A program made the position numbers and the translations under genes. The notes beneath the pieces were generated by a model. The model was not told the DNA's origin, ran no database searches, and saw nothing but the letters and a program-made list of their open reading frames with translations. From a virus (lineage: Duplodnaviria > Caudoviricetes), in IMG/VR virus record IMGVR_UViG_3300046819_000361: 64,000 nt of DNA, one strand, 5' to 3'. Below are positions 8,119 through 18,600 of the stretch, piece after piece; position 1 is the first letter of the stretch, and each line of letters opens with the position of its first letter.

Positions 8119-10692
8119 TTATCCAAAATAAGATGAAACGAAAACAGGTAACGGTGCTTCCCAATCATCATCCATATGTCCATCAATGCTCATCATTTCT
8201 AGAACACCTGGATCCCATTCTGCCAATACAACACTCATTCTAACGATCAATAATAATGCCGAAACTAAATCATCATGTTGTCCTTGTTTTGCTTTAAAAC
8301 TAACACCGGATGCAATAAAGGTTTTAAGTTCACTCAAAAGTGGTCGGCTATTGATTATCATCTTCCCTTCTTCAATTAAAAATTTTAATCGAGCACAAGA
8401 TGAAATTTTGTTCCCAAAGGTTGTATTGAACCCTTTCCTAAATTTTTTAACATGCCCTTTTCTAATTGGTTCGCTTAAGAATAATCCAGGGAAAGTTTCC
8501 TCGCCTAAATTTTCTATAACTACTAGAGCACTATCACCTACATTATTATTCTCAACTGACCAATAAATACTATTAGTATGCTCTATACCTATTTCATCTT
8601 GAATGTATCTGAGTATATCTCGTAATATTTTACATTGACCTTGAATGGGTGTTAAATTATGCTGCCATTCTGCAACCTGTGTTAAGCTTGGTAGTTCAAA
8701 TACTTGTATACCGCCATAATCACCACCCGTGCCTAAACTAGGATCCAAAGATATCAAGTATAAATGCCCGGCGGTTGGTTTTTTATACCAGCGTACTTGT
8801 CCCATTTTTTGGATTGGTTCTCGACCGACTAATTCAGCTAGGACTAAACTACTCACTAATGTTTCATCATAAACCAAGAATTCGCATCCGTATTCACGAC
8901 GAAATCGTTCTTCCCCTATCCTACCCAATTCTTCGACTTTCCATTCTTCATCCCGGTCTGGGTGATCCCACCAATCAGATTTATAGCCAAAAAATCCGTT
9001 TCTACCTTTACCATCGGTACGCTCATTTCCATATGCATCAAATACATCTTTACTTTCTTTCCATATGATAGCAAATTGATCTTCATCCGAATTTGGGGTA
9101 GACGTAATAATAGCACGACCACCGGTGGCTAGTGTAGGCGATATTGAAGTCCAAAATTCGTTTGCTATGTTAGGTTGCACGAATGCAAACTCGTCACAAT
9201 ATAAAAGTGAAATAGACATACCACGACCAGTTGTCCCAGTAGTTGTTTGACTTACAATTCTGGAACCATTATCAAATTCCATAGAACCTTTATTATAACT
9301 AACAACTCCAGCTCTCAGAAAATCAGGACATAATTCATAGCCGTATCGAATACGTTGCATAATCTCTTGTGCACCGGTATATTTGTGTGCTGCTACGAGT
9401 ATAGTTTGATCTGGGTGGAACATTGCATACCATAATAAGTACGCTGATGCACAGGTGGTGTTGTGAGTTGGAATCATTGTTTTACCACATAAGAACATAT
9501 GCTCATGATTATCAACTTGGATACATCTCACCGGTACTGAATTTGTTTTAGTAAGTTTGTTAATGTATAATCTAGTGTTTTTTACATGCCCTTTACATAA
9601 TAGTTGTCTTTCAGCTTTTCGTTTTAACTTAAATACTATATATTTTGTAGTAGAAAATTTCAATGTATAATAATTCACACCATTTATAATTTTACAAGAG
9701 CAGCGTGATTTAATTCCAAGTGATGACAATATTGACCTAACTTGTTCTATTAATTCAAAGTTCTTTTGATAAAATTCACAATTCCCCTTTTTTGTACAGC
9801 TTCCATCAGTATCCATCAATCCGCGAATTAATTCGAGCCGTTGATCAATTGATGAGAACATATAATCATTTGGTATATGTTTATTTTTTAATAGATTGTT
9901 TTCATTCAATAAGGTCCGTAGTCCTATAATGTTTCTACGTTCACTATTATTGCTATTTACGGATGGTTCTGATACGGTATAGCCAGATTCTAATATATAT
10001 TGAATCATTTCTATATTATCTATATTTGATTGAACGTATCTACCATCCCCAGAATACCCATCACCAAGCCACAATCCTAATATATATGGATGAATTGGTA
10101 GTGACTTATAATCGTATTGAACAGGTTCTGTAATATCTATATACAATCCTTGATCTAATGAATGTGTACCTTTATAATCTTTTATTTCCTCAGTAGTAAG
10201 AATTTTTGATTTATTACTCCAATTTGCTGTACTAACTTTCCATAAGTGCTCTGCATCAGCAATAATGGTTTCCCCATTGTCGAATTCTACCGCATAACAT
10301 GTATGGTTATACATGATTTCAGTAGCAAACGTAACAGTAGTAGGTTCTCCGATATTACTTAATATAATATCACCAACTTGAACATCCCCCATAGTTGTCC
10401 ACCCACTTGGTGTTGGGATTGGTGTATTTAAACTTAATGCTTTGCCACTCTGTCGAGGAAGCATGTTTATGTTAAAACGATTATTATGATAACTGCTTAA
10501 TAAGCCAACTTGATAGTCAAATGGCTGGAATAGCAATCGTCCTTTAACAGAATGCTGTATATAGAAAAAGTTTTTTGCAAAGTACAGGTATCCAGATTCT
10601 GGATCCATACATGCGACCATATCTTGTATTTGTTGTTCAGTCCATTGTTGTTTAACATGGGCTTTTTTAGTTAATGTGTTATCTGCTGCCAT
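8119..10692 (-). CDS. terL: terminase large subunit (gp17-like), intein-containing
   Basis: PRQSGK|TT Walker A (split by the intein), LLYCDEFAF Walker B, ITSTPN, LDPSLGTGGD and HDDLV nuclease motifs. Confidence 0.95.
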   Translation of the reverse strand: MAADNTLTKKAHVKQQWTEQQIQDMVACMDPESGYLYFAKNFFYIQHSVKGRLLFQPFDYQVGLLSSYHNNRFNINMLPRQSGKALSLNTPIPTPSGWTTMGDVQVGDIILSNIGEPTTVTFATEIMYNHTCYAVEFDNGETIIADAEHLWKVSTANWSNKSKILTTEEIKDYKGTHSLDQGLYIDITEPVQYDYKSLPIHPYILGLWLGDGYSGDGRYVQSNIDNIEMIQYILESGYTVSEPSVNSNNSERRNIIGLRTLLNENNLLKNKHIPNDYMFSSIDQRLELIRGLMDTDGSCTKKGNCEFYQKNFELIEQVRSILSSLGIKSRCSCKIINGVNYYTLKFSTTKYIVFKLKRKAERQLLCKGHVKNTRLYINKLTKTNSVPVRCIQVDNHEHMFLCGKTMIPTHNTTCASAYLLWYAMFHPDQTILVAAHKYTGAQEIMQRIRYGYELCPDFLRAGVVSYNKGSMEFDNGSRIVSQTTTGTTGRGMSISLLYCDEFAFVQPNIANEFWTSISPTLATGGRAIITSTPNSDEDQFAIIWKESKDVFDAYGNERTDGKGRNGFFGYKSDWWDHPDRDEEWKVEELGRIGEERFRREYGCEFLVYDETLVSSLVLAELVGREPIQKMGQVRWYKKPTAGHLYLISLDPSLGTGGDYGGIQVFELPSLTQVAEWQHNLTPIQGQCKILRDILRYIQDEIGIEHTNSIYWSVENNNVGDSALVVIENLGEETFPGLFLSEPIRKGHVKKFRKGFNTTFGNKISSCARLKFLIEEGKMIINSRPLLSELKTFIASGVSFKAKQGQHDDLVSALLLIVRMSVVLAEWDPGVLEMMSIDGHMDDDWEAPLPVFVSSYFG
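9460..10440 (-). mobile_element. class 3-type intein with LAGLIDADG homing endonuclease (327 aa)
   Basis: Starts ALSLNTPIPTPSGW, block B ADAEHLW, LGLWLGDG and IRGLMDTDG motifs, block F VRCIQV, ends IPTHN followed by extein Thr. Confidence 0.9.
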
Positions 10693-10702
10693 GTTATTAT
10701 TT

Positions 10703-10737
10703 ACATAAAAATAGCCCCAAAGGGGCTATTTTTATGT
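10703..10737 (-). terminator. intrinsic terminator overlapping the late promoter of terL
   Basis: 16-bp inverted repeat ACATAAAAATAGCCCC/GGGGCTATTTTTATGT; TGTAAATA at 10705-10698. Confidence 0.7.
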
Positions 10738-10750
10738 TTTGCCAATATTT

Positions 10751-11353
10751 TTATCTTGATTTTACTTCGTTGTATAATTTATACAGATTTGACACTAAAG
10801 TTTCTGCTAATGGATTCCCACCACCATTAACTTTTGGTGCTTCTTCCCCTTTACTGAGTAAATCGTTGCCCATTGCTAACACTGCTGATACACCTAATGT
10901 TCTTTTTGCTGATCCATTTTTCATAGAATTTGCAAAATTATCATCTTCATACTCATCTTCAAGAGACTGATCATCCGATCCTAATACCATTTTATCTGGA
11001 TCGCCATATTGCGGTTCCATTTCTGATTCATCCGTATAATCATCACTACTAATAGTAATAATTTCTGGTTCATCATGACTATCCATATCATCCGAAGAAA
11101 TTCTTAACGGCTCTGGTGAACTTGTTTGAATACTAGATGCTTCTGGTTCATCTTTTTTATCAATATTTCTTAAAATATCCATCAAATCTCGGATACCATT
11201 TGCACCTTGACCGGTAATTGATACGTTCATGTTCAACGAATCTTGTTGTTTAGTTGGTACTGCATTGTCCATACAGCCACATTCAGTAATCTCTGATGAT
11301 TCTGATAATGTGTCCAAACTATAAATTTTTTTGTATAAATCTGTGAAATCCAT
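10751..11353 (-). CDS. acidic hypothetical protein (possible prohead core)
   Basis: 200 aa, D/E-rich, in the head packaging cluster. Confidence 0.6.
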   Translation of the reverse strand: MDFTDLYKKIYSLDTLSESSEITECGCMDNAVPTKQQDSLNMNVSITGQGANGIRDLMDILRNIDKKDEPEASSIQTSSPEPLRISSDDMDSHDEPEIITISSDDYTDESEMEPQYGDPDKMVLGSDDQSLEDEYEDDNFANSMKNGSAKRTLGVSAVLAMGNDLLSKGEEAPKVNGGGNPLAETLVSNLYKLYNEVKSR

Positions 11354-11363
11354 GTATTTTCCT

Positions 11364-11927
11364 TTATTGTTGAACTATTCGTTCAATTACAGTTAGTCCA
11401 TTATTATTTATTTTATGTATCTTAAATTTCCATTCCGGCTTCTGTATCATGAATTCGATTAAAGCTGTTAATAATCCACCTGACCCACATTCTCCAACTA
11501 ATCCAAATGTATAAGTATCGTGAAATACGATGTATTTTTTAACTTTGTTTGCATGAATATTTAATTCAATTTTTAATTGATCATAGGTATGCATTGTATC
11601 GATGAATAATAAATCGGTTTCTTCAATTTCAAGAGTTCTGGTATCGGCTTGTGTATATTCAACATCTTTACCAAACTTTTTAGCCATATTAAACAAATCA
11701 ACAACTGATTGATTCAATTCTAAATCATATGATCTGAGTATTTTATTTGCAACTAAAAATGCACGAGTGCTAACACCGGTTCTAACACCCATTTCTGTAA
11801 TATGATTGCATTCATTTGCTAATTTAAATAAAATCCACAAATGTTCATTAATATCACTTGGTGTTGTACACGCATTCATATATTCTTTTTCGAAGAATAC
11901 AGCATCTTCTGTTACATAATTTTCCAT
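11364..11927 (-). CDS. class I SAM-dependent methyltransferase (Methyltransf_24-like)
   Basis: EMGVRTGVST motif I, DLLFIDTMH, IVFHDT. Confidence 0.8.
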   Translation of the reverse strand: MENYVTEDAVFFEKEYMNACTTPSDINEHLWILFKLANECNHITEMGVRTGVSTRAFLVANKILRSYDLELNQSVVDLFNMAKKFGKDVEYTQADTRTLEIEETDLLFIDTMHTYDQLKIELNIHANKVKKYIVFHDTYTFGLVGECGSGGLLTALIEFMIQKPEWKFKIHKINNNGLTVIERIVQQ

Positions 11928-11932
11928 TATTT

Positions 11933-12556
11933 TTATCCTTTTGGTGATGGTAATTTAACTTTCCGTGAACCTATAGGACTATCTGATTTACCAACAGGTT
12001 TTGGTTTATCAGAAATTGTTTTATCTACAGGAACTTTTTTAGCTAAAATTTGATCATTGACACCTTTATACTGTGTGCCTTGATGTTTTTCTTTATTTAG
12101 TTCCTTTAAAAAACGCATTACATGTTTTTCACCAACTAGATCTTGGTTGTTTTCTACTTCATAATCAGTTCCTAAATATGCTTGACCAGTTTTTTGATCA
12201 TGTTCGTGATTAATCTCTTCTTCATTAATGTCATTATCACTTCTTACTTTAATTCCATTTTGAGGAAGATTCAAAGTATCCGAAATTATTCCAGCCAGTT
12301 GTGGAGATGTAATAGGATATCCGAGTGATACTTCATAAGTAGTCACACCAACATTTTTATGCATCGGGAAATCCGGCTGTGTTTCTTGTATCGGGCAACT
12401 TTTTCCTTCAGAAAATGACACAATTTTATATTGTGATAGTGCTTCTTTAAGTTTGGTAACACTATCTGCTTGATGGTCGCCGATTAATTTTACTTTAAAA
12501 ACATAGGTGTTTTTAGATTCTGTTAAGTAGTAGTATTCTTTAAATGATTTATTCAT
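11933..12556 (-). CDS. hypothetical protein, probable virion component
   Basis: 207-aa ORF; GATAAATA late box at 12582-12575; N-terminal YLTES. Confidence 0.6.
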   Translation of the reverse strand: MNKSFKEYYYLTESKNTYVFKVKLIGDHQADSVTKLKEALSQYKIVSFSEGKSCPIQETQPDFPMHKNVGVTTYEVSLGYPITSPQLAGIISDTLNLPQNGIKVRSDNDINEEEINHEHDQKTGQAYLGTDYEVENNQDLVGEKHVMRFLKELNKEKHQGTQYKGVNDQILAKKVPVDKTISDKPKPVGKSDSPIGSRKVKLPSPKG

Positions 12557-12590
12557 AATATAATTCCAATCTTGTATTTATCTAAAAATA

Positions 12591-13067
12591 TTATTTCATA
12601 TTCTTCAATTTTTCAAGAAGACTATTACGATCTGCTACAACAAATCCTTCCCCTTGAATGTTAATACCAGGATCTTCCCCTGATGTGTCATTATCCAATT
12701 TCTGTTTTTTAAGTTGAAGTTCGATCATTTTTAACTTTTTGTCTACCTTTGCTGATTTTGCATCAATAGCATTTTTTAACATCGCAGATGCCACTTCAAA
12801 TAATCTAGCAGAATATCTAGCCTCCACATTCATACCAAGATCCATTAGATCGTCGTATGCAGAAGCTGCTTTATCGGCTAATTCATCAAATTCAGAATCG
12901 CTGATATCGCCTAATCCATTTACAAAAGGAAGTGCGGCAGAAATCTTATCAATTTCAGACGGACTTCTAAATGATGTCGGTATGGGTTGTTGCTTTTTTT
13001 CTGTTTTTTCTACTTTTTCTGGCTTGCTTTCAGGCAAGTTTAAAATTTCTTCTAGTTTTCTAGTCAT
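12591..13067 (-). CDS. terminase small subunit (gp16-like)
   Basis: ARLFEVASAMLKNAIDAK...LQLKKQK coiled coil and C-terminal FVVADRNSLLEKLK, resembling T4-like gp16. Confidence 0.65.
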   Translation of the reverse strand: MTRKLEEILNLPESKPEKVEKTEKKQQPIPTSFRSPSEIDKISAALPFVNGLGDISDSEFDELADKAASAYDDLMDLGMNVEARYSARLFEVASAMLKNAIDAKSAKVDKKLKMIELQLKKQKLDNDTSGEDPGINIQGEGFVVADRNSLLEKLKNMK

Positions 13068-13078
13068 GATAATTCCTG

Positions 13079-13519
13079 TTATCGTTTTCCACCTTGGTAA
13101 AATATATCATTTTCATTCAACACTCTAAACTTTATGCCTTGTTGTTTACAATACAATTCAGCAGCCTTCCATTTAGCTTGATTTTTAAAATACAGTGCTT
13201 GATTTACTTTGTTTTTTCCAACTTTTTCCAACAATTGTTGACTAGCTGGTTTGATTTCAATTAATTCAACTTGTATTTTATTATTTTTATCTAGATATTG
13301 AATAAAAAAATCAGGAACATATACGGTTTGTTTACCATTGAGTGGATTACGATACGGGATTTTTATTGCTTCACTTGCCCATTTTTGTATACTAGGGCTA
13401 TTATCACAGAAATTCATAAACGAAAATTCCCATGAACTGCGATATGTTGGGATTGTTAACCCAATATATTTCGATGGATTTTTTGGTGTGAACTTCCCTT
13501 TAGCAAAGTTATGGCTCAT
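13079..13519 (-). CDS. gp4: head completion nuclease (gp4-like, TnsA-type fold)
   Basis: YRSSWE..FM..CD, WASE, YVPDF, IEIKP, N.AKWKAA. Confidence 0.85.
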   Translation of the reverse strand: MSHNFAKGKFTPKNPSKYIGLTIPTYRSSWEFSFMNFCDNSPSIQKWASEAIKIPYRNPLNGKQTVYVPDFFIQYLDKNNKIQVELIEIKPASQQLLEKVGKNKVNQALYFKNQAKWKAAELYCKQQGIKFRVLNENDIFYQGGKR

Positions 13520-13884
13520 ATCAATATATTCCTAGACTCAAATTTATTCACAATTGGTGCTACTCTAAATCCAAGTACGCTAGTTTTTTCTCGTGAGGCA
13601 TTTAATACCTGTGCAACAATCTGATTTAATTGAACATTTGTTAAACTCTTCATCGTATCTAGTAACTCAAATACATTAACCCCATCTAATCTAGCTTGAT
13701 TTAATAATACTATCGAAACAGTTCTAGAACTTTCTAAATCAAAATCACGTTTTAAAAAAAATCCAACGGTTGCATCTATTTGATTACTCGGAAACGTAAC
13801 TTGATGTGTAAAAAATTTATCAAAAAAATTTTTTACTGGTACTGAACTGTCTGCACTATTTGATGGTGGTAAATTACTAGCCAT
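13516..13884 (-). CDS. hypothetical protein
   Basis: 122-aa ORF coupled to its neighbours. Confidence 0.6.
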   Translation of the reverse strand: MASNLPPSNSADSSVPVKNFFDKFFTHQVTFPSNQIDATVGFFLKRDFDLESSRTVSIVLLNQARLDGVNVFELLDTMKSLTNVQLNQIVAQVLNASREKTSVLGFRVAPIVNKFESRNILI

Positions 13885-13885
13885 A

Positions 13886-14878
13886 TTATTTTCCTAATTT
13901 AACAGATGATGCTATTATTTGTTTGTTATTAGTAGATGGCAAGGGGAATGCTATTCCTTGCAACCCATTAACTGTATCAGGTGCATCGATCGTTAAGTTA
14001 TTTATAACTCCAACTATACCAGCACTCGGTAATTCTTTAGTATTTTGTGCAGAATTTATTTGTTCTATTATATTATTAATTACAGAAATATTATTTGTAA
14101 TATTTGATTTTGCAAAACTTGGGCTGTTTGAGCCAGTATCCGATGTACCAACCAATGGACTTGGAGTTACATCATAATGTTCATATCCGAATCCTTCAAC
14201 GTCACCGTTTTCAACAAATCCTGATCCATATGCAATAGCTTCACATCTTATTTTCATCGTAAAATCATGTGTTTTTGATTCAGAATAATCCAATTTATTA
14301 TGATCCCATGAAGTTATTATAGGGTTTATTAATTTGTAACTGACATATTCATGTCTAGCCATTTGATATATCGTAATATAATTGAAGAATGGGTTTGAAC
14401 TGCCATTATCCAAACCATATGAACTGGATATGAAATTAAAATTTTTAGTTGCATTTCTCTTATACGCACTTCCAGATTCGGCAGATGTTGGATCAGCATA
14501 ATAATAACTATAATAGTTCTGCCATAATTTATTAATTACGCCCATATTATCATCTTGGAAAGTTATCGTTATTTCTCCAGGCGTATGCTGTGTTTGAATT
14601 ACTTTTTTTCTATTATATTGATTTACAACTTCATTTGTTATTGTAAAGCTTGGTAAATCAACTGCTTTGACCAGCATATTAATTTCATTCTTATGTCTCT
14701 GTAATAAGCTCGAATCATGACATGCTGAACTACTTATATTAAAAGCAACATGAAATGAAAACTTATGCTTTGGCGCAAGGCGAAATTGATCATCAACAAA
14801 TAGTCTAGCCGCATGCTGTTGATCACGTAAATATATGTTACTATCTTCTTTTAGGAATTTATTAGGTGTAAATGACAT
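13886..14878 (-). CDS. tail tube-related protein (gp19/gp54-like fold)
   Basis: VKAVDLPSF...NQYNRK...ITITFQDD...I.SWDH..LDY tube-type pattern; start moved to ATG 14878. Confidence 0.6.
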   Translation of the reverse strand: MSFTPNKFLKEDSNIYLRDQQHAARLFVDDQFRLAPKHKFSFHVAFNISSSACHDSSLLQRHKNEINMLVKAVDLPSFTITNEVVNQYNRKKVIQTQHTPGEITITFQDDNMGVINKLWQNYYSYYYADPTSAESGSAYKRNATKNFNFISSSYGLDNGSSNPFFNYITIYQMARHEYVSYKLINPIITSWDHNKLDYSESKTHDFTMKIRCEAIAYGSGFVENGDVEGFGYEHYDVTPSPLVGTSDTGSNSPSFAKSNITNNISVINNIIEQINSAQNTKELPSAGIVGVINNLTIDAPDTVNGLQGIAFPLPSTNNKQIIASSVKLGK

Positions 14879-14927
14879 ATTAATATTTATGTGTTTCATT
14901 AACTTCTAATATAACGAAACACACAAT

Positions 14928-14951
14928 AAAAAACCCACCGAAGTGGGTTTT
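14928..14951 (-). terminator. intrinsic terminator after the tail tube gene
   Basis: Minus strand AAAACCCAC-TTCG-GTGGGTTTTTT (UUCG loop). Confidence 0.85.
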
Positions 14952-14955
14952 ATAA

Positions 14956-15588
14956 TTAAGCACCAAGTGCGTTCGTTGTATTTCTGGATTGTGAAAATCC
15001 AGGAGCACCCAAACTGGCAGATGGACCTACTTGGACACAATTATCCGGTTGAATGGTTAATGATATCATTACTGGATCGTTGGTTTTATATGATAAAGCA
15101 GTAGTATTCCAGTCTGTTTTTTGAATATAACATCCATAACATTCCCAAGTTTCTAATGCAACTGCTTCATTAGTTCCATTACCACCATCTAACATTTCGA
15201 TTCGCATGGTGAATTTATAATCACCGGCACTTGCCGCTGAACTTTGTTCAAAGAAATCGAATTGTTTCTGATTTTGTTCACCAACCAATTTACTGACAGC
15301 TCCGGTAACATCATCACGCAATTTAATAGTCATTGAATTCCATTTTGGTTTACCCGCATAATGAACTTGGCTATTATAAACATCGATCACTACATCTGTA
15401 AACTCTGTACTCGGTCTAGCTGCCTCTGCCACTTGTTTCGTTAATTCAGTTGTGCTACCAGAGACTCCGAAGTTCTCTAAAGAAATTCGGAATCTATAAG
15501 CCAATTTGGGCATTAATAAGCCCTGTGTACTAGCACTTTGGTCAGATGCTAGCGGTACTGTAAAATTTGATAATGCTGCTATTGCCAT
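14956..15588 (-). CDS. gp19: tail tube protein (gp19-like)
   Basis: Directly follows the sheath gene; PK..YRFR, YAGKPKW..MTIKLRDD, W.CYGC motifs. Confidence 0.8.
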   Translation of the reverse strand: MAIAALSNFTVPLASDQSASTQGLLMPKLAYRFRISLENFGVSGSTTELTKQVAEAARPSTEFTDVVIDVYNSQVHYAGKPKWNSMTIKLRDDVTGAVSKLVGEQNQKQFDFFEQSSAASAGDYKFTMRIEMLDGGNGTNEAVALETWECYGCYIQKTDWNTTALSYKTNDPVMISLTIQPDNCVQVGPSASLGAPGFSQSRNTTNALGA

Positions 15589-15601
15589 TTTATTCTCCTT
15601 T

Positions 15602-18600
15602 TTATGATTGACCTAATTTAGCAATAGCACCAGTGTTTTCAATTCTTAATGGAATGTAGATAAATTCCACTGCTTTAACTGGTTCGATTGCAATATCAAC
15701 ATAAAGCTCATTGGCATCGATTCTTGTTGGGGTATTATTAGATGTGTCACATACAACCAAGAAGTCATATAATGCTCTTTGTCCAACTAATTCCAATAAG
15801 AAACTTTCAATTTGTTGTTTAATTTCATTTCTAGTTTGTGTATCGTTTGGTTCAAAAATATATGGTTTAGATATTCTCGCCAATTGAACACGTAAATAGA
15901 TTACCAATCTAGCAACATTAATACGATCCATCGCACTAGCAACTAATTGTCTAGTTTTTTGACCATAATTAACCAACCCGGTTCCAACAATATATGTGAT
16001 CGGATTTACATTAACTTTTTGCAAAGTATCACGCTGTCCAGTATTCAAAGATATTGAATTAAACTCACCTTCTGCAGTAATATATCCAACAGCAGAAGCA
16101 TTAGTAATGCCACCTCTACGTACACCAGCTGGTGCAAACCAAGGGTAACTAACATTATCACTTAATGCAATAGTTCTCAACATCATATGGCTTGGAGGCA
16201 CTGCGATATTGTTACCAATATTATCTCTGGTATATCCCCATGGATAGAATACACCCAAATATGCGTCAGTTGTTACTAAACCATCATCATTGTCCTCAAG
16301 TGCATTATTTTCATTTAATCCCCAATTACTTAATGTAGTTGCATCAGAGGTCAATCTGGCTGGTGAATCACCAACTACAAATGCTGTTAAACCACGATCA
16401 TAATTTAAATTTACTAATGGTTTAATTAATTCTGGATATCCAGGAGCGGCTAGTAGATTAAATACACGTCTGTCTTCATCGCGGATTTGTTGATTACTAT
16501 TAATCAATGCTGCCATTGCTTGAAGAACAACCCCACGCTGTGATTTACGACCAAATGAACCCGATCCATCTGATTGATTGGCGGCTTCACTAATCCATCT
16601 GTGTGGGTAGTATTCAGTCATCGCTTGATTTCCATAACGATGATTAATTTCTAGTGTATTAACATAATTTTTTACGAATTTTTTAACATTAAATCCGCTT
16701 CTTCTCAAATTCCACAGTAACATCCCTTTTGGATATAATGCTGGATCAGGTGCATCAAAATCAACATAATCACTAGATAATAATTCAATAATAGTACCAG
16801 ATGGTGCCGAAATTGCAGTACCACCAGATGTTCCTGATCGTGCATCATGAAATAAAATACCGTTCTCAGTGGTTTGATCAGAATTATCAAGTAATCGCCA
16901 TTGATTATTAAAATCATAAATGTATACCAATGGATAGTTTTCTAAATCTGCTGTACTAATCCACAAGTCACCAATTACTACTGGGGTAACACCATCAGAT
17001 TGGAATTTAGGTTTAGTTACACTGATAATTGGGCCATTAACATCCGTTCCGTAAGAAAAATATGGACTTGCTTCTTTACCAGTACCAATATCACCAGGGA
17101 ATTTATATCCAACCCATTCTGTGCCATTATGTACTAGAATATCAATTTCACTAATATTACTGTCATACCATAATTGACCATCAGCGGCTAATGATGATGG
17201 TGCAGTTGGACTTGCAATTGCAATACCACCTGTTGCGCCAACCGATGTCCAGTTACTTGCATCAAATGAATTAGGAACACCATTCGGTGATGCATACAAG
17301 TTAGCTGTTCTGGTTGGATTAAATATAGTAGAGATTGGTGTATTATTACCATCCACTAAACGAATATCACCACCTTTGTTATGACTAATAACCACACGGT
17401 TTGATGAATCGAGTATTGCTGATACATTTACTAAACTAGCATTATTAATACTGGCAATTAATGCGTTACCAATTTGCACTGCAGTATCACCAGAGGTTAC
17501 ATCAAATGAAATAGTAACAGCTGCACTTAATACATCAGTATTAATTAAACTTTCAGAAATAGTGAACGAGTATGTATTGCCCGGGAATGCACTAGAAGTA
17601 ATTACATCAGATACAATTGTAGTTGCGCCAACATTTTTTCTGCGATATAATTTAAAATTAGCAGATTGTGGATACACAACACTATGCTGAGTCACAGTTG
17701 ATTCTGCATCATTGTATTTCAAATACAGTGTACCAGTAGCAATATTTAACCCACCACCAGTTGCATCAAGAACTTTTAATGCTTCTGTATTATTTTTATA
17801 AATGGAAACACTATCAGTAACCCATTGTTTTTTATTCGCTGAGTAAGTTTGAATATCCCAATTAGCGCCTAAATTAAACGGTGTTGTTTTAACCCAAACT
17901 GCACCAGTTGGAATACCATTATTTGTAGATGGTTTTTCAGTTCGTTTATAAGTTGGGATTTGGGTATGTTTACTAATACTTAAGGCTGGAGCCAAGTAAG
18001 TCGTAGAAGTTAAACCCAATTTAGCTACAGAAGTACCAGACACTGCAATATCAACGCCTGTTGAAAACAATTGTAATTGATTAGTTTCCATACCGGCAGT
18101 AATACCAGCAGCTGTCAACGTAGCATTATTATTAATCGCATTTACAACTGCTGTCAAGGTAGTAATACCAGCGCCAGTGATGTTAACAGTATTAATAGTC
18201 AATACATCAGTAGTTTGTAAAGTAATTGCTGAATTATAAGTTGTTCCTTGAGCAGTCGGCCAACTAGCCACCCATTCAGTCGAACCAACTTTTACCCATT
18301 TAACTAATGACGTAGAATTAGTTTTTGGTTTTTTAAACCAAATAGTATTTAAATTTGTCACCGAAACGATCGCATAACTGCCAATAGTACCAAGTGATGC
18401 TAATGGTGTGTAATCACCACCTTCAAAATCCACTACTTTTACAGTGTCTGTAATCACCAATGGAGTTTGTGCAGTGAATGTTTGACCACCCAATACAGAA
18501 GCAGGCGCTGAATTCCATTGAAAAATACCATAATCAGTAGCTGATGTATCAATCCAAATAGTACCATCTGCTGGTTCACCAGTAGGTGCATCAGCAGATT

